DNA of 61,963 nt, filler included, from Dugesia japonica (taxonomy: Eukaryota), in assembly GCA_001938525.1 (NCBI GenBank). It is 6 parts of 6 records of this genome, joined end to end, with 100 filler letters (N's around TTAATTAATTAA, not from the genome) between each part and the next. Parts side by side here need not be neighbours in the genome. Positions count along the whole stretch, not along the records: positions 50,414 to 61,963 come from MQRL01581685.1; 5 more parts are not named here. One strand, given 5' to 3'. Shown here one piece after another: positions 50,886 to 61,963 of this stretch. The stretch's first letter is position 1; the number at the start of each line of letters is the position of its first letter. The position numbers were made by a program, and so were the translations under genes. The notes beneath the pieces are model-generated. The model ran no database searches. It saw only the letters and a list, made by a program, of their open reading frames with translations, and was not told the origin of the DNA.

Positions 50886-52549
50886 TTTTTATTAAACATT
50901 TTCCATCGTTATTTATGAAATCAATGAAATATAAGAAAAATAAAAATTTATAGACATACAAAATTAATTATGAATAGCAATGATTTCATTTATTTATTAA
51001 CTCATGAACACATATTTTAATGTAATTTACAATTATTGCAATTATGCAGATCATTACGCTACAAAGATTCGAAAATCATTGACTAAAATCTTATAGGTAG
51101 ATATGTCAGCACTAATCACCTTAAATTTATCAAATTGAAAATTACAATTAAAACGAGTAGATACATGCTATGNTGACAAACTTGGTATCGTTGGACTCGT
51201 AAAAGCTTGAAGAACTTTACTGCTATCTCGGAATTCCAATCTGATGTGTTAGTCGCGAGTTATTAAAGATTTAAAATTTTAAAGTTTAAAAATCGAACCT
51301 AGACTACAATTGTTACCTTTTAGACTTGAATTTGATACTATTGAGAAGGTAATTAAAAACTAATGGATTGCCTGATGGATGTATAACGAAAGATGTATGC
51401 TTTTCGAGAAAATCATTGAACAAAAAACAAAATGCACCTAAGTTGTTATCATTAGAATGGTAATGAGATGAAAAATACATTTCAAATCAGCTTGACAAAT
51501 AGGTAGCTAGTTATTCGCCATATAAATTTTAAACTTGAATTAAAAAACGAATAAATTATTTACTTACAAACTGTAAAGTGTAAAGTTTACTTAAAAAAAG
51601 ACTGAAAAATTATAAAAATGCATTTATGTGGCACATGTAATATTTAATCATAATTTATGTAATTGAACACACACATACACAATTTATGTGTCCATATCCA
51701 TGTAATTTGAGACAACTCTGTAATCAGTCTATTTTTTTGCTCGGGAAGTTCGAAATTTGGAATTTTGGTTTTAAATTTGTTATTATTGGACTCATAATTA
51801 AAAACTGTGTATATATTTTACATTACTTTTGTCGGAAAATGTTTGGTTCTCGAGATAAAAGCACGTTAGTACTGGATGAGTTCAACTTTGTTTTATATTT
51901 TTCTCAGTCAATAATGGTTATATGGCTTTGAATTTGGTCTAAACGGCTCAAAATTAAAAGTTACCTATACATTGCTTAAAGAATTTATATCGAAAAATGC
52001 TTCGTTCATGAGTTAATATATAATTGTATAATTAATTATAAATTATAATTATATTTTAAAATAATAATAATTTTTAAAATTCTTTGATACCATTCGAATC
52101 AGAATGAAAAACTGTAGATCAAAATAAAAGTAGATCGGCACTGAAACAGTTCCCTATCTCCAATATAATCTAGACGATTTATAATCAAAATCACAAAGAT
52201 AGTTGAACGATCTAGGAGATTAATCCAATTTTATACGTATAAACGCAATTAATGCGATACTTAAAACTTATTAATGTAAAATAGTAAATTAATGTTAATA
52301 GAAAAACGGAATACAAATTATTTACAGGTGAAAATTTTGAATGATTATGAGTATGTTTTGAAAAGCAGATTAAAATTTTTGTGTTTGGGTTGGAAATCTT
52401 TTTTCTTAAAATCTGTTTTTTAAAAATTATAAAATTTGAAATTGGTAAGAAATTAAGTTGTTAAAAATGTGAATAGAGAATATTAAATTTTTAAGCAAAA
52501 ATTAAGAATCAGTTTAAATAATTTTCTACATAATTTATTGTAGACTTGT

Positions 52550-52975
52550 TAAAAGACTGATAAATTTAAATATTTGGATAATAAAATGAGTATTTTATTT
52601 TAAATTTTCGAAAATGTTTAGTGTTTAAATAACTTTTTAGTGTTTCGTAATAACTGAAAAATTTAATATTTGGATAATTAAAATAAGTATTTTGTTTATA
52701 ATTTTCGAAAAGGATTTATTGTAGATTTTCTATAAATATTTGAAATGACTGAAAAATGTAAATATTTGGATAATAAAATAAGTATTTTATTTTTAANNNN
52801 NNNNNNNNNNNNNNNNNNNNNNNNNNNNNNNNNNNNNNNNNNNNNNATAATTAAAAGTATTTTGTTTATAATTTTCGAAAAGGATTTATTGCAGATTTTC
52901 TATAAATATTTGAAATGACTGAAAAATGTAAATATTTGGATAATAAAATAAGTATTTTATTTTTAAATTTTAATA
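52550..52975. repeat. AT-rich tandem repeat (about 95-120 bp unit, gactgaaaaatgtaaatatttggataataaaataagtatttt)
   Basis: Four copies at about 52555, 52654, 52747 and 52917; the last may be a gap-edge duplication. Confidence 0.7.
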
Positions 52976-54319
52976 AATTNNNNNNNNNNNNNNNNNNNNN
53001 NNNNNNNNNNNNNNNNNNNNTTTTTTTGAATAAACAAATAATGCTGGTCAAAGTTTTTGTATTGCGAATAAATATTTAATGGAATCAATTTGTGAATTTA
53101 ATTCTTAGATGAGTATTTCAAACTCATCTAACAATGATATTTTGCAATATTTCCGCTGATAATCAACGACTTATTAAACGTGTAGAGCAAGCTTGATCAT
53201 ACGAAACACTTTGAAAATGCATTATAATCCAGTAGGGTGCNNNNNNNNNNNNNNNNNNNNNNNNNNNNNNNNNNNNNNNNNNNNNNNNNNNNNNNNNNNN
53301 NNNNNNNNNNNNNNNNNATATATATATATATAACTTTCTGTATTACTTTTGTGTTTGTTTAAATATTTAAAAATTTTCCGTCATTTCAATTGAAGATTTC
53401 AAATATGGTAAAAAACCAAATGTGTGCCGTTTATCTTTATGAGTAGAAATTGGGCCATAACGAGGCAGAAGCAAGTCGAAATATCAATTGCACATTCAGC
53501 CAGAGGACGATGAGCGCTCTATGTTGTAGTTCCAAAATTCTAGAAATGGAAATGAGAGCCTAGAAAATGAATAAAATCGTGGACGTCCAGTTTCCGTGGA
53601 TAATATATTGTGTATGTGTGTATTGGTACAAATGAATTTTAATGTTGTTCCAGTATATAATGTCCAATATTTAGCTGAACTGTATTTAGTCAATGATGGC
53701 AAATAACATTTGTTGAATATTTTGTGATAAGAGAAACCGTTTGTTATATAGTTTAGTCTTAATAATTCTTAACTACAAATGCTTATTAGCAAATTTGAAA
53801 GAGAAGAAATTCCTTATGGCAAAAAAGAAAAATTTTCCAATCGAAATAATTTTTTTTACTTTTTATATTTATTTCTAAAAAGCAATTATTAGATTTCATT
53901 AGATATAAATAGATTATAAATGTTTCTATAAGAAATTCAATTTCTCTATAAAATTTTATTTGAAGAAAAATAGAAAATAAAAAAATTAATATTATCGTTA
54001 AATTAGATTAGATTAGTGAAAAATCTCAAATGTTTTGAAGCTATTTTATTTTATTAAAATAATTATGATAATAAATTGTTTTTAAAAAATGAATTTTTTA
54101 AATAAAATTAACGAAGTGTAATTTTTTGTTAACTCTGACTAAATTTTATTTGTTATCAAATCCAAAACAATAATCTTTTCTTCTATTTTGGTTTTCATTG
54201 TTTTTTTTTAATGTTTTTCAGAATGGAAATCTAATTTGTTTTACAAATTGCATATTAAAAAATTAAAAGTTCCAGATTAGTTTTTTAATTACAACTGTTA
54301 TATTACTTTCAAACTATAT

Positions 54320-55245
54320 TGATCCATTTTTTTATCGATTCATTATTGAGGCTTTTAAAAAGTTTAAGAATTCGATTCTAATAGCTGTTAAGGATCTTCC
54401 TTTATTGAAAATTGTTTCTACTTCACATGAGATTGTTAATAACTTTGTTAATAAATCCCATACACCAATTGGTTTGTGTTATAATCTTGTTTATCAATTT
54501 AAATGTAATGGGTGTGATGCCGCATATATTGGAAAGACTGTCCGTCATTTCTGTACAAGGGTTCAAGAGCATAATCGTTTAGGGGGTGGTAGTAATATTG
54601 TTGAGCATAAAAATAAAAAAAATGTAATTGCAATGCGAATGTTGAAATTTCAAATTTTAAAATGTTGTCTAAACAATTTAAAAATTACTGGGAGTGTTGT
54701 ATGAGGCGTTAATGATTAGATTTCATAATCCAACCATTAAGGTACAAGCAGCTCATTAGGCTAAATTAATTAAAAATTTTTAGATTTTTTAGATATAAAA
54801 ATTTTTCAATTTTTGAAATTTTAATATATTTTCATGTTTTTTTAATAGGTTTGTATTTTATTTTCTAAAATAAATTTCAATTTTTATTATTTCATAGGTT
54901 TTGACAATTTTTAATATAATTTAAAATTAAAAATTTNATATATTTTTGTAAAACGTCTTTGATTTTATAGGTTTAAAACAATAATTTTAATGTAATTTTA
55001 TTAAAGAGAAAAAATATTTTTATTAGAATATAAATGTCATTTTTATTGAAAAATTGTAAAAATTAAGAATTTGCAATATTTAAAAATTAAGAATTATAGC
55101 CGTCTTATATTCAGTATAATTGCTTGAATCTTTGTTTAAATAATATAGACTGAATAAACTTATTTTTTTAAGTTTTGTTTTAAGATGACTGTTGATCCGT
55201 ACAAATATATAACAATAAAGTTTTATTTTAAATGGCGTTATTTAT
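54320..55245 (+). mobile_element. Penelope-like retroelement 3' remnant
   Basis: NLVYQFKCNGCDAAYIGKTVRHFCTRVQEH (GIY-YIG with the CxxC insert typical of PLEs); paralog of 16.9-17.8 kb. Confidence 0.88.
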
Positions 55246-57480
55246 TTTTTATATTAATTAGAATTTTTTAATAGAATTTTTTTGAAAAAAAGATAATGGG
55301 AATTTTAAAATGCACTAAAAAAGTGACCACTGAACAATAAATATTTTTTATCAAATGTAAGATATTTTAACGGTTTAAATTTGTTTTTAATTTAGTACAT
55401 GTTTTGAGAATTTGTATTTTTGGAAAAATAGTCTTAATTTTAAATTGAATATAATTACTATTTAAATTTTGATTTAGTTTACAATAAAAACAATTTAAAA
55501 ATTTGTGAATCAATACGAATTTACGTTTAGATTTGAATAATTTTATTTTTGAAATTATAAAATGTGAAATGGTTAAAATTGATATTAATTTAATTTTTTT
55601 AATTAATCTTTTTTAAATAAAAACTCTTTTACTTGGTATATGTTACAATAAATAATTTTTATACAAATATTTTATAAATATTCAATCAAAAAGAATTTAA
55701 TTTACAATAATTAATTTTCAAGCAATATTACATTAATGAATAAAATTAAATTTGAAAATTTTTTCATTTTCTTAAAATAATTACTTTTAGTTTTTATTTA
55801 AATTTTGTCTAAATAATAAATATTTCCATCTTATTAAAAGTCCAAAATATGGTAAATTAAAAAAGAAAAAAAAGAAAAAAATTTAGAAATTTTGTAAAGA
55901 ACACAAAAAATAGCAAAGAAATACAATGTTGCTAAACAGCCATTTGAAATATATGAGTTGATTAAGATTTGATCAATAAACAATATCAAAATAAGATTAA
56001 AATAAAATCTCAGATTTATAAATATAAAAGGGAGTAGTTGATATGATTGATAGCTAAAAATCTACAACATTCCTATTTCTGCATTCCATACAGTACAAGA
56101 TCCTGGTTTAAAAATTATCCAAAGGGTTTCCATATTGACAATTTAAAGGTTCTTTTAAAAAATTGGTATTAATCAGCATATGTTAATGACGCGGATTCGA
56201 TCACTTTCTGGGTGTACAATTAATGAAATTTATCAATATAATAAATCTAAAGACATTAAATTACAAGAAAACTGCTTTGTTTTATAAAATAACAATACAG
56301 AATAAGTGCACTTTCAAAGAAACCTAAGCGTCAAAATGTAGATGGTTCATTAGAAAGGATAAAAATCTAATTATTGATCCCAAAAACTGGAAAAAAATAA
56401 CTTTTATTGTTTAGAAGTAAAACTAAAAATCTACAAAAGTTTAAAAATTTAAATTGAACCAATTTACACATTTTCCATGTATTAAATAAAACTGTATGAC
56501 TGACAATATAAAATAATCAAAATTTTATTTATTTAATAACAATTGTATTTATTAAAAAAAAATTAATAAAATGTCAGAAAAGAATATAAACATAATTATG
56601 ATGCTTATTAAATGTCCCTCCAATGTGAATACGAATTTAGTTAATAAAAAACTAATATTTTTACTATCTAACGCAATTTTGTCCAAAGTTTGTGAGTCTA
56701 TAGAATCCTAGAAACAATATTCATCGTAGCGGGACCCACCCCTTTCAAAGAGTAAAAACATTATTAAATGCAATCTGTAATATTTATTCAGGTACATTTT
56801 TGAAGACTGACAACTTTTATTATAAAGTTTTTTAGTATAAATAGAAATTTTAATTGAAATTGGCGTCTAAAATATCTTAAGTTGATCTTTTAATAATTTC
56901 TAATAATTAGTAGAATGTTGGTTTAAAAAACTAGCAATTTTGAATATTTCTAAATTCTTTCTGCGGAACTCTTGAGTTCTACGAAACATGTTGATCTAAC
57001 ACAACTAGGATGCTGTAATTATTAAAATCTAAAAAACTACTATAAAAATTTAATGATAGAAAGACTCTTGTTTTCCTAGAACTATAACCTACAATAAATA
57101 TTAAAATCCATCATTATATTAGATGCAATAGTGTAGTCAAAGCTTGCATAATATTAAATAAAATTGAGTGAAAACCTGATGAAAGAACAAATTTCATACG
57201 AAGAAATGATTTTTATGAAATTATTTATAATGTAACATTGCTGAGGAGAGTACTGTCCCAATTAATTGTAAGATATGTATTTATGTATTTAGTTGAATCA
57301 GTCAACAAAGCCATCAAAAGAAAATATATTTAGATATTTAAATAATCGAAGAAAAATGGCAATTTTTTCATAAAAACGTTAAACCGCCAATTCAATGTAT
57401 ATTTTCGTAATATAGGTTTAGACAGAATAACTGTCATCTTCAAATACAACTTAATCCCTTTTTTTTAATGAATTGAATTG

Positions 57481-57525
57481 TTGTATCTGAAGATGACAGA
57501 TATTCTGTCGAAACATGAAGTGCAA
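57481..57525 (+). ncRNA. Hammerhead ribozyme motif (right arm of an inverted repeat)
   Basis: TTGTAT-CTGAAGA-T-GACAGA(tat)TCTGTC-GAAA-CATG-AA-GTGCAA. The cleavage-site U appears mutated. Confidence 0.65.
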
Positions 57526-58455
57526 AAATATATATTGAAATGGCATTTCAGAGTTTTTATTTAGATATTTATTTTGATAAATATTTTAATTTTCATTTTT
57601 GTTTCATTTTTCAAAGACGTTTAATTATTTCCAATAAATTGTAAAAAGTGACTACTTAAGAAAAAGTTATCATGTTTAAAAGTGGTTACTTCATTACCGG
57701 ATTTACCTATAGACTAAATAGGCTTAAGCCTAGGACCTCGAGTTCTATGGGCCTCAATTCAAGGTGTAATGAATTAATAATGAAATTTTACGCTAAAAAT
57801 ATCTATATATTGAAAATTCGAACATTTGAAATGACTTAACTTAATTAAATGCGTTGTTATTTATGCACACTTTATTATTTTTCTTGGAAAAAGTAAGTAT
57901 AGAGACTCGATGTCCACAAGAGTTGTTTATTTACGTACAACCAGACAATGTCATAAACTGCTCTCCGAAACCCAAACCTTTCTAACGAATTGTTGCAAAT
58001 ACGAAACACGTGTTAAATGAAAAGATTAGTATTATTATATTAATTATACTAATAATATATTGAATTTAACATATTGATATTATAATGTTGATGTTTTATT
58101 ATATTTTATCATGTGCTTTAAAATAAATGAAAATGGAATATAGAGGGACAAGGCCTACATCGAACCAACACTGTGGAGGGACCTCCTAAGTAAAATAGCC
58201 ACAAAAATTTTTAAAAATTTTTTAAACAAAACAAAATCGTTTCTAACTAATTTTATACTTACAAATTTAAAAACTAAAAAACATTAAAAATTTTAGATAT
58301 TTCCTTAATTTTTTCTGTGGTAAGTTGACTGACAATGACACAAATGATGAAATTTTAAAAATACTTAGTTAAATTATTGTTTCAAAATATAATTATTACA
58401 TTTATTGTGAAAATAGCAATTTAAATAGTTATTTTGAAAAATTAAAAACATTTAC

Positions 58456-60061
58456 CGGAAGACCTGGAAACTTTAATTTCTGCTTCGCCGCATGATTCAG
58501 CTACAACAATTGACGTATCATCAAAATGAAACATACCAGCATGATCATCGTCTAAAACCATTATGGTAGCTGTAAAGGGTTCAATTAATTCTACACCAGA
58601 CATATTTTGATCCATCAATTGATTTACAGACAGCTTATTTCCATCGCGAGTTATTAATCTTGAGGATTTTAAATTTATAAAGAAATGTTCATCAGCTTCA
58701 AAAATATCATCATCAATAATAGAAATTTCAATATTCTTTCGATCTTCTCCCGGCTCAAATAATAAAATTCCACTGGTCGCTATGTAATCTTCTCCAGCAT
58801 TTGCAGTGCCATCTTCAGTGCAGAATTCAACTTCTATTCTGGTTTTTGCAATTTGCTCTTCTGTTCCAGTTCTTGCAACCACAACGTTAAAGGTTCCTAC
58901 GTTTTCCATTACAGTATAATGGCCTGGGTCGAAGAAAATCTTTTGATTGTTATTTTCTATTTCTTTCAATCCCAATTTGTCAGGATCCTGTGACATTCGT
59001 CTTTCTAATTTTGACTTTTTAATTACATTACCGCTACCAGTAAGAGTCCTTGTAGCTTGCATCCTATAAAACGCTCTTGATTTTGGAACTCTATTTAATA
59101 CTTCAATTTGAGCCTGTTCTTCTAATGCTTTTGTATCGATATTTGGATTTTTTAATCGAATTTCTTTAATTACTTCAATATAGTCTAGCCTGGTCTTTTC
59201 AAATTCTGTCAAATTTTCCCTCTTATCTCCATCTAGATGAGCATCTTCTAAATTATGATTACAATGCAATTCATGATCTGTTTCCAGAGCATATGATTTC
59301 AAATTTTTTCTTAAATACCGCCGCTTTAAAAATTTTTTAATGAATACTTTTGTATCTGCAATATAAGCAGTAATAACAGTCAAAAAGAAAAAGAAAAAAG
59401 TCAACAAAGCTTCCCAAACATCAATGACCTCTGGAGAAATAACAGCAATTATCAAATATAACCATATATATGCAAAGACGCTCCATGTTGCTGTTATAAA
59501 AAACACACTTAAATGCTTAATTTTTCTTACCTCACTGTCGGGTATGACGTAGACACAGTAACCTATAATTATAAATAGATTAAAAGCAGCACTCCCAACA
59601 ATTGTGCCAGGACCTAAATCCCCCGCTTCAAATCTACTGCCACAAATTTCAATAACAGAAAGAAGAATTTCAGGAGCTGAAGATCCTAATGCCATTAGGG
59701 TTAAATTGGAAACTGTTTCATTCCATATTCTGACATTAACTGTTTGAGATTCTCCATTTTTTTTTCGTATGACCACTTTTCTTTCTTTAGACGTTATCAC
59801 TTCAATTGAAGCCATAAACCTATCAGCTATGATTGATACTCCCAAAAATAAATACATCAGTGAAACAAAATAAACAAATGCTCTTGCAATTTTATCACCA
59901 GTACTCAAACCATCTACAGGTTCCCATAGTGGTAAAAGTATTCCTTTTTTGCATTTTGTATCCTGTGACGATTCACAAGTACCATTTTTCAAAGGTGCAC
60001 ATTGAATCAATAAAAGTTCGACTAAGATTACAACACATCCAATCAATAAATTACCTCCCAT
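58456..60061 (-). CDS. SLC8A: Sodium/calcium exchanger (NCX/SLC8A family), large first coding exon
   Basis: Signal peptide, alpha-1 repeat ([35 protein letters not shown]), XIP-like region, RAFYR motif, Calx-beta CBD1 ([24 protein letters not shown]) and the start of CBD2. Donor TCCG|GTAAAT at 58455. Confidence 0.97.
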
Positions 60062-60735
60062 TGAGAAATTTGCAAAGTTAAACTAACATAATAAATTGTT
60101 AAATAATCCTTGTCAATAGTCCAAAAGAATTTTGATTGAACAAGTTCGTAAGAAAATCCTTGACTGCAGGAAATAATTCAAATAATAAATTGGATACTGC
60201 TGAAATTTTTTGTATGCAATGAATCGGAGGAAGTTGACAAACATTCACTATTACACACAAACATGAATTAACTAATATTATCGCAAAGAATTGACTGTAC
60301 ACACCGATTAAATGTTAGCAAAATATAGAGTCATGATTATTTTTCTACCCCTTTATTTTTATAACATTGTACATCACTTTGTATTTAAACCATGTTTCTA
60401 AATTTTGGGATTCTTTATAATTATTTGAAATAATTGGATCAGTGGCGAAAGTTTTTTTAATGTTATGAAATTCTGCAGAATTCTAATATAAATTATTTGA
60501 AATCAATTATTATTTTACACTAAAATAAATTTGCACTTTTAAATATTTTCAACATATATTGTTGCTTGCGTTTGTGTCACTTGATTCCTGATACTATTTA
60601 TGCATTAAACAGAAATTCCAGGGCATTTATTGTTCATAATCCAACTTTTTCTGTTATAATGTACTTGAAAGTTGTAATTATAATGATATATTTAGCTATA
60701 ATGATATATTATAATGATATATTTAGGAGCAAGAG

Positions 60736-60766
60736 TTCCTGAAGAAGGCTAAGCCGAAATATTGAA
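60736..60766 (+). ncRNA. Minimal hammerhead ribozyme motif
   Basis: TTC-CTGAAGA-A-GGC(taa)GCC-GAAA-TA-TT-GAA; stem II covaries with the 46422 copy. Confidence 0.65.
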
Positions 60767-61059
60767 AATAAAAGAACAACTTTGATCTTAGCTTGTTAAA
60801 TAATTTTTTGAAATATAAAATTATTTGTTATTAAAAATGAGTTTATTTATTGACATATCAATGGCTTTTTAAAAAAATAATTTTTTTAAGTTTTAAAACA
60901 ATTTTAAAAACATTTAATATATTTAGGTTCTTTGTAATACACCAAATATCTATTAAAGGTCTTAAACATTAATGTAACACATCGTACGCATATCAACCCA
61001 ATGAATTATTAATGAAGTTCTCACATGCCCGTAATCGTATACATCAACACCTGGGTTAA

Positions 61060-61620
61060 CGTCGTTAATTGGAACCGAGGAAGTGAGATGGCCATCCAAA
61101 CAAGAGTTTTCTTCTAGAATTTCTTTACCTGTTTGAATTTGACTTTACATAGTGTTGCGTTGATATCCGTTGTTTAGAATCCAGCATTTGAATTTTTGTC
61201 ACTATTTTCAAATGGGAAAGAGGATTAATCGTCAATGATAAAATCATAACTATTAAATTTTGATAACAAGTAGCCACAACGCCGATGAGTAGCGGTCGTT
61301 GGCTTTTGTTTCAGTGCTGGAATTGGTATTTTCTTCCGAAATTTGATATTTGTCTTCTTTTTCAAAGTTTTCATAATGCATGATTGGTCATAATTAAATC
61401 ATTTTGACAATTGCCGAATTGAAATTCCAGTTTTTATCATTGACTGCGCATTCTAACTGTTGCATCTTTCTCTTAGTCATTATTTTTGCATTTCTTCTAG
61501 ATCATTCTTTTCGTTTTGATAGCAACCCGGCTTTCCAACGTTTAAAAATACGATAAACACTAGATTTTGGTATTAGTTCATTGATAAATTGATCAGCAAC
61601 GGCTTTTCTTTTATACACTC
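61060..61620 (-). mobile_element. Decayed IS630/Tc1/mariner-superfamily transposase fragment
   Basis: NAGF*TTD..VKFKQVKKF*KKTLVWMAIS on the minus strand, preceded by an HTH-like region. Confidence 0.6.
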
Positions 61621-61963
61621 ATTAAACAATGGTATGCACCTTCATTTTGTTGCTATAGAAAGCAAATGGAGAGAAAAATGTGGCAAACTTAGAAAGTTTC
61701 TTAAGAAGGGAGTTATAAGGGAAAAATTTCAACTGTTGGGGTGAAACACTGGGTACCAAAAATAAAAAAATGGCGACAAGAAGACTCGAAGTTAAAAAAT
61801 TGTCGTCAGAAAAGAAAGCGAAGCATCCAGATCTAAGAAGAACATAGTCAGNNNNNNNNNNNNNNNNNNNNNNNNNNNNNNNNNATTGGTAGTCAAAACC
61901 AACGAAATAATCAACAAAACCCAAAATTTACAACAAGAAACCACACAGAAAAGAACAGACCAA

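Noticed and set aside
52550-52975. Regularly spaced repeats as a CRISPR-like array
   Set aside because: The whole unit repeats, there are no unique spacers or cas genes, and the context is eukaryotic.
56170-56220. tRNA-like GACGCGGATTCGATC fragment
   Set aside because: Only a degenerate B-box/T-loop; no cloverleaf.

Overview
Very AT-rich, intron-containing eukaryotic DNA, probably from a freshwater planarian (inferred from the GTCGAC-terminated 5S-like copy, the repeat content and the base composition). It is not one locus. Five artificial N44-TTAATTAATTAA-N44 spacers join six unlinked contigs (1-9432, 9533-19684, 19785-32149, 32250-40430, 40531-50313, 50414-61963). Host genes are a tincar-like membrane-protein exon, the first two coding exons of casein kinase II alpha, and the large first coding exon of a Na+/Ca2+ exchanger (NCX/SLC8). 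The rest is mostly decayed transposons: Tc1, mariner, DD41D, pogo, hAT MITEs including a SPIN/URR1-like one, Penelope-like elements with hammerhead ribozymes, a non-LTR RT fragment and Gypsy integrases. The most notable signal is retroelement cargo. Downstream of its integrase, one Gypsy element (minus strand, about 26.2-32.1 kb) carries an in-frame signal-peptide/FN3-like/mucin/hydrophobic-tail protein in the env position, an orphan ORF, a catalytically degenerate DEDDh exonuclease and an intronless RNF10/Mag2-like RING E3 ligase. A second minus-strand cassette (35.6-38.1 kb) encodes a BIR (IAP) domain-coiled-coil protein plus three small ORFs. All family assignments come from motifs recognised by eye; no searches were run.
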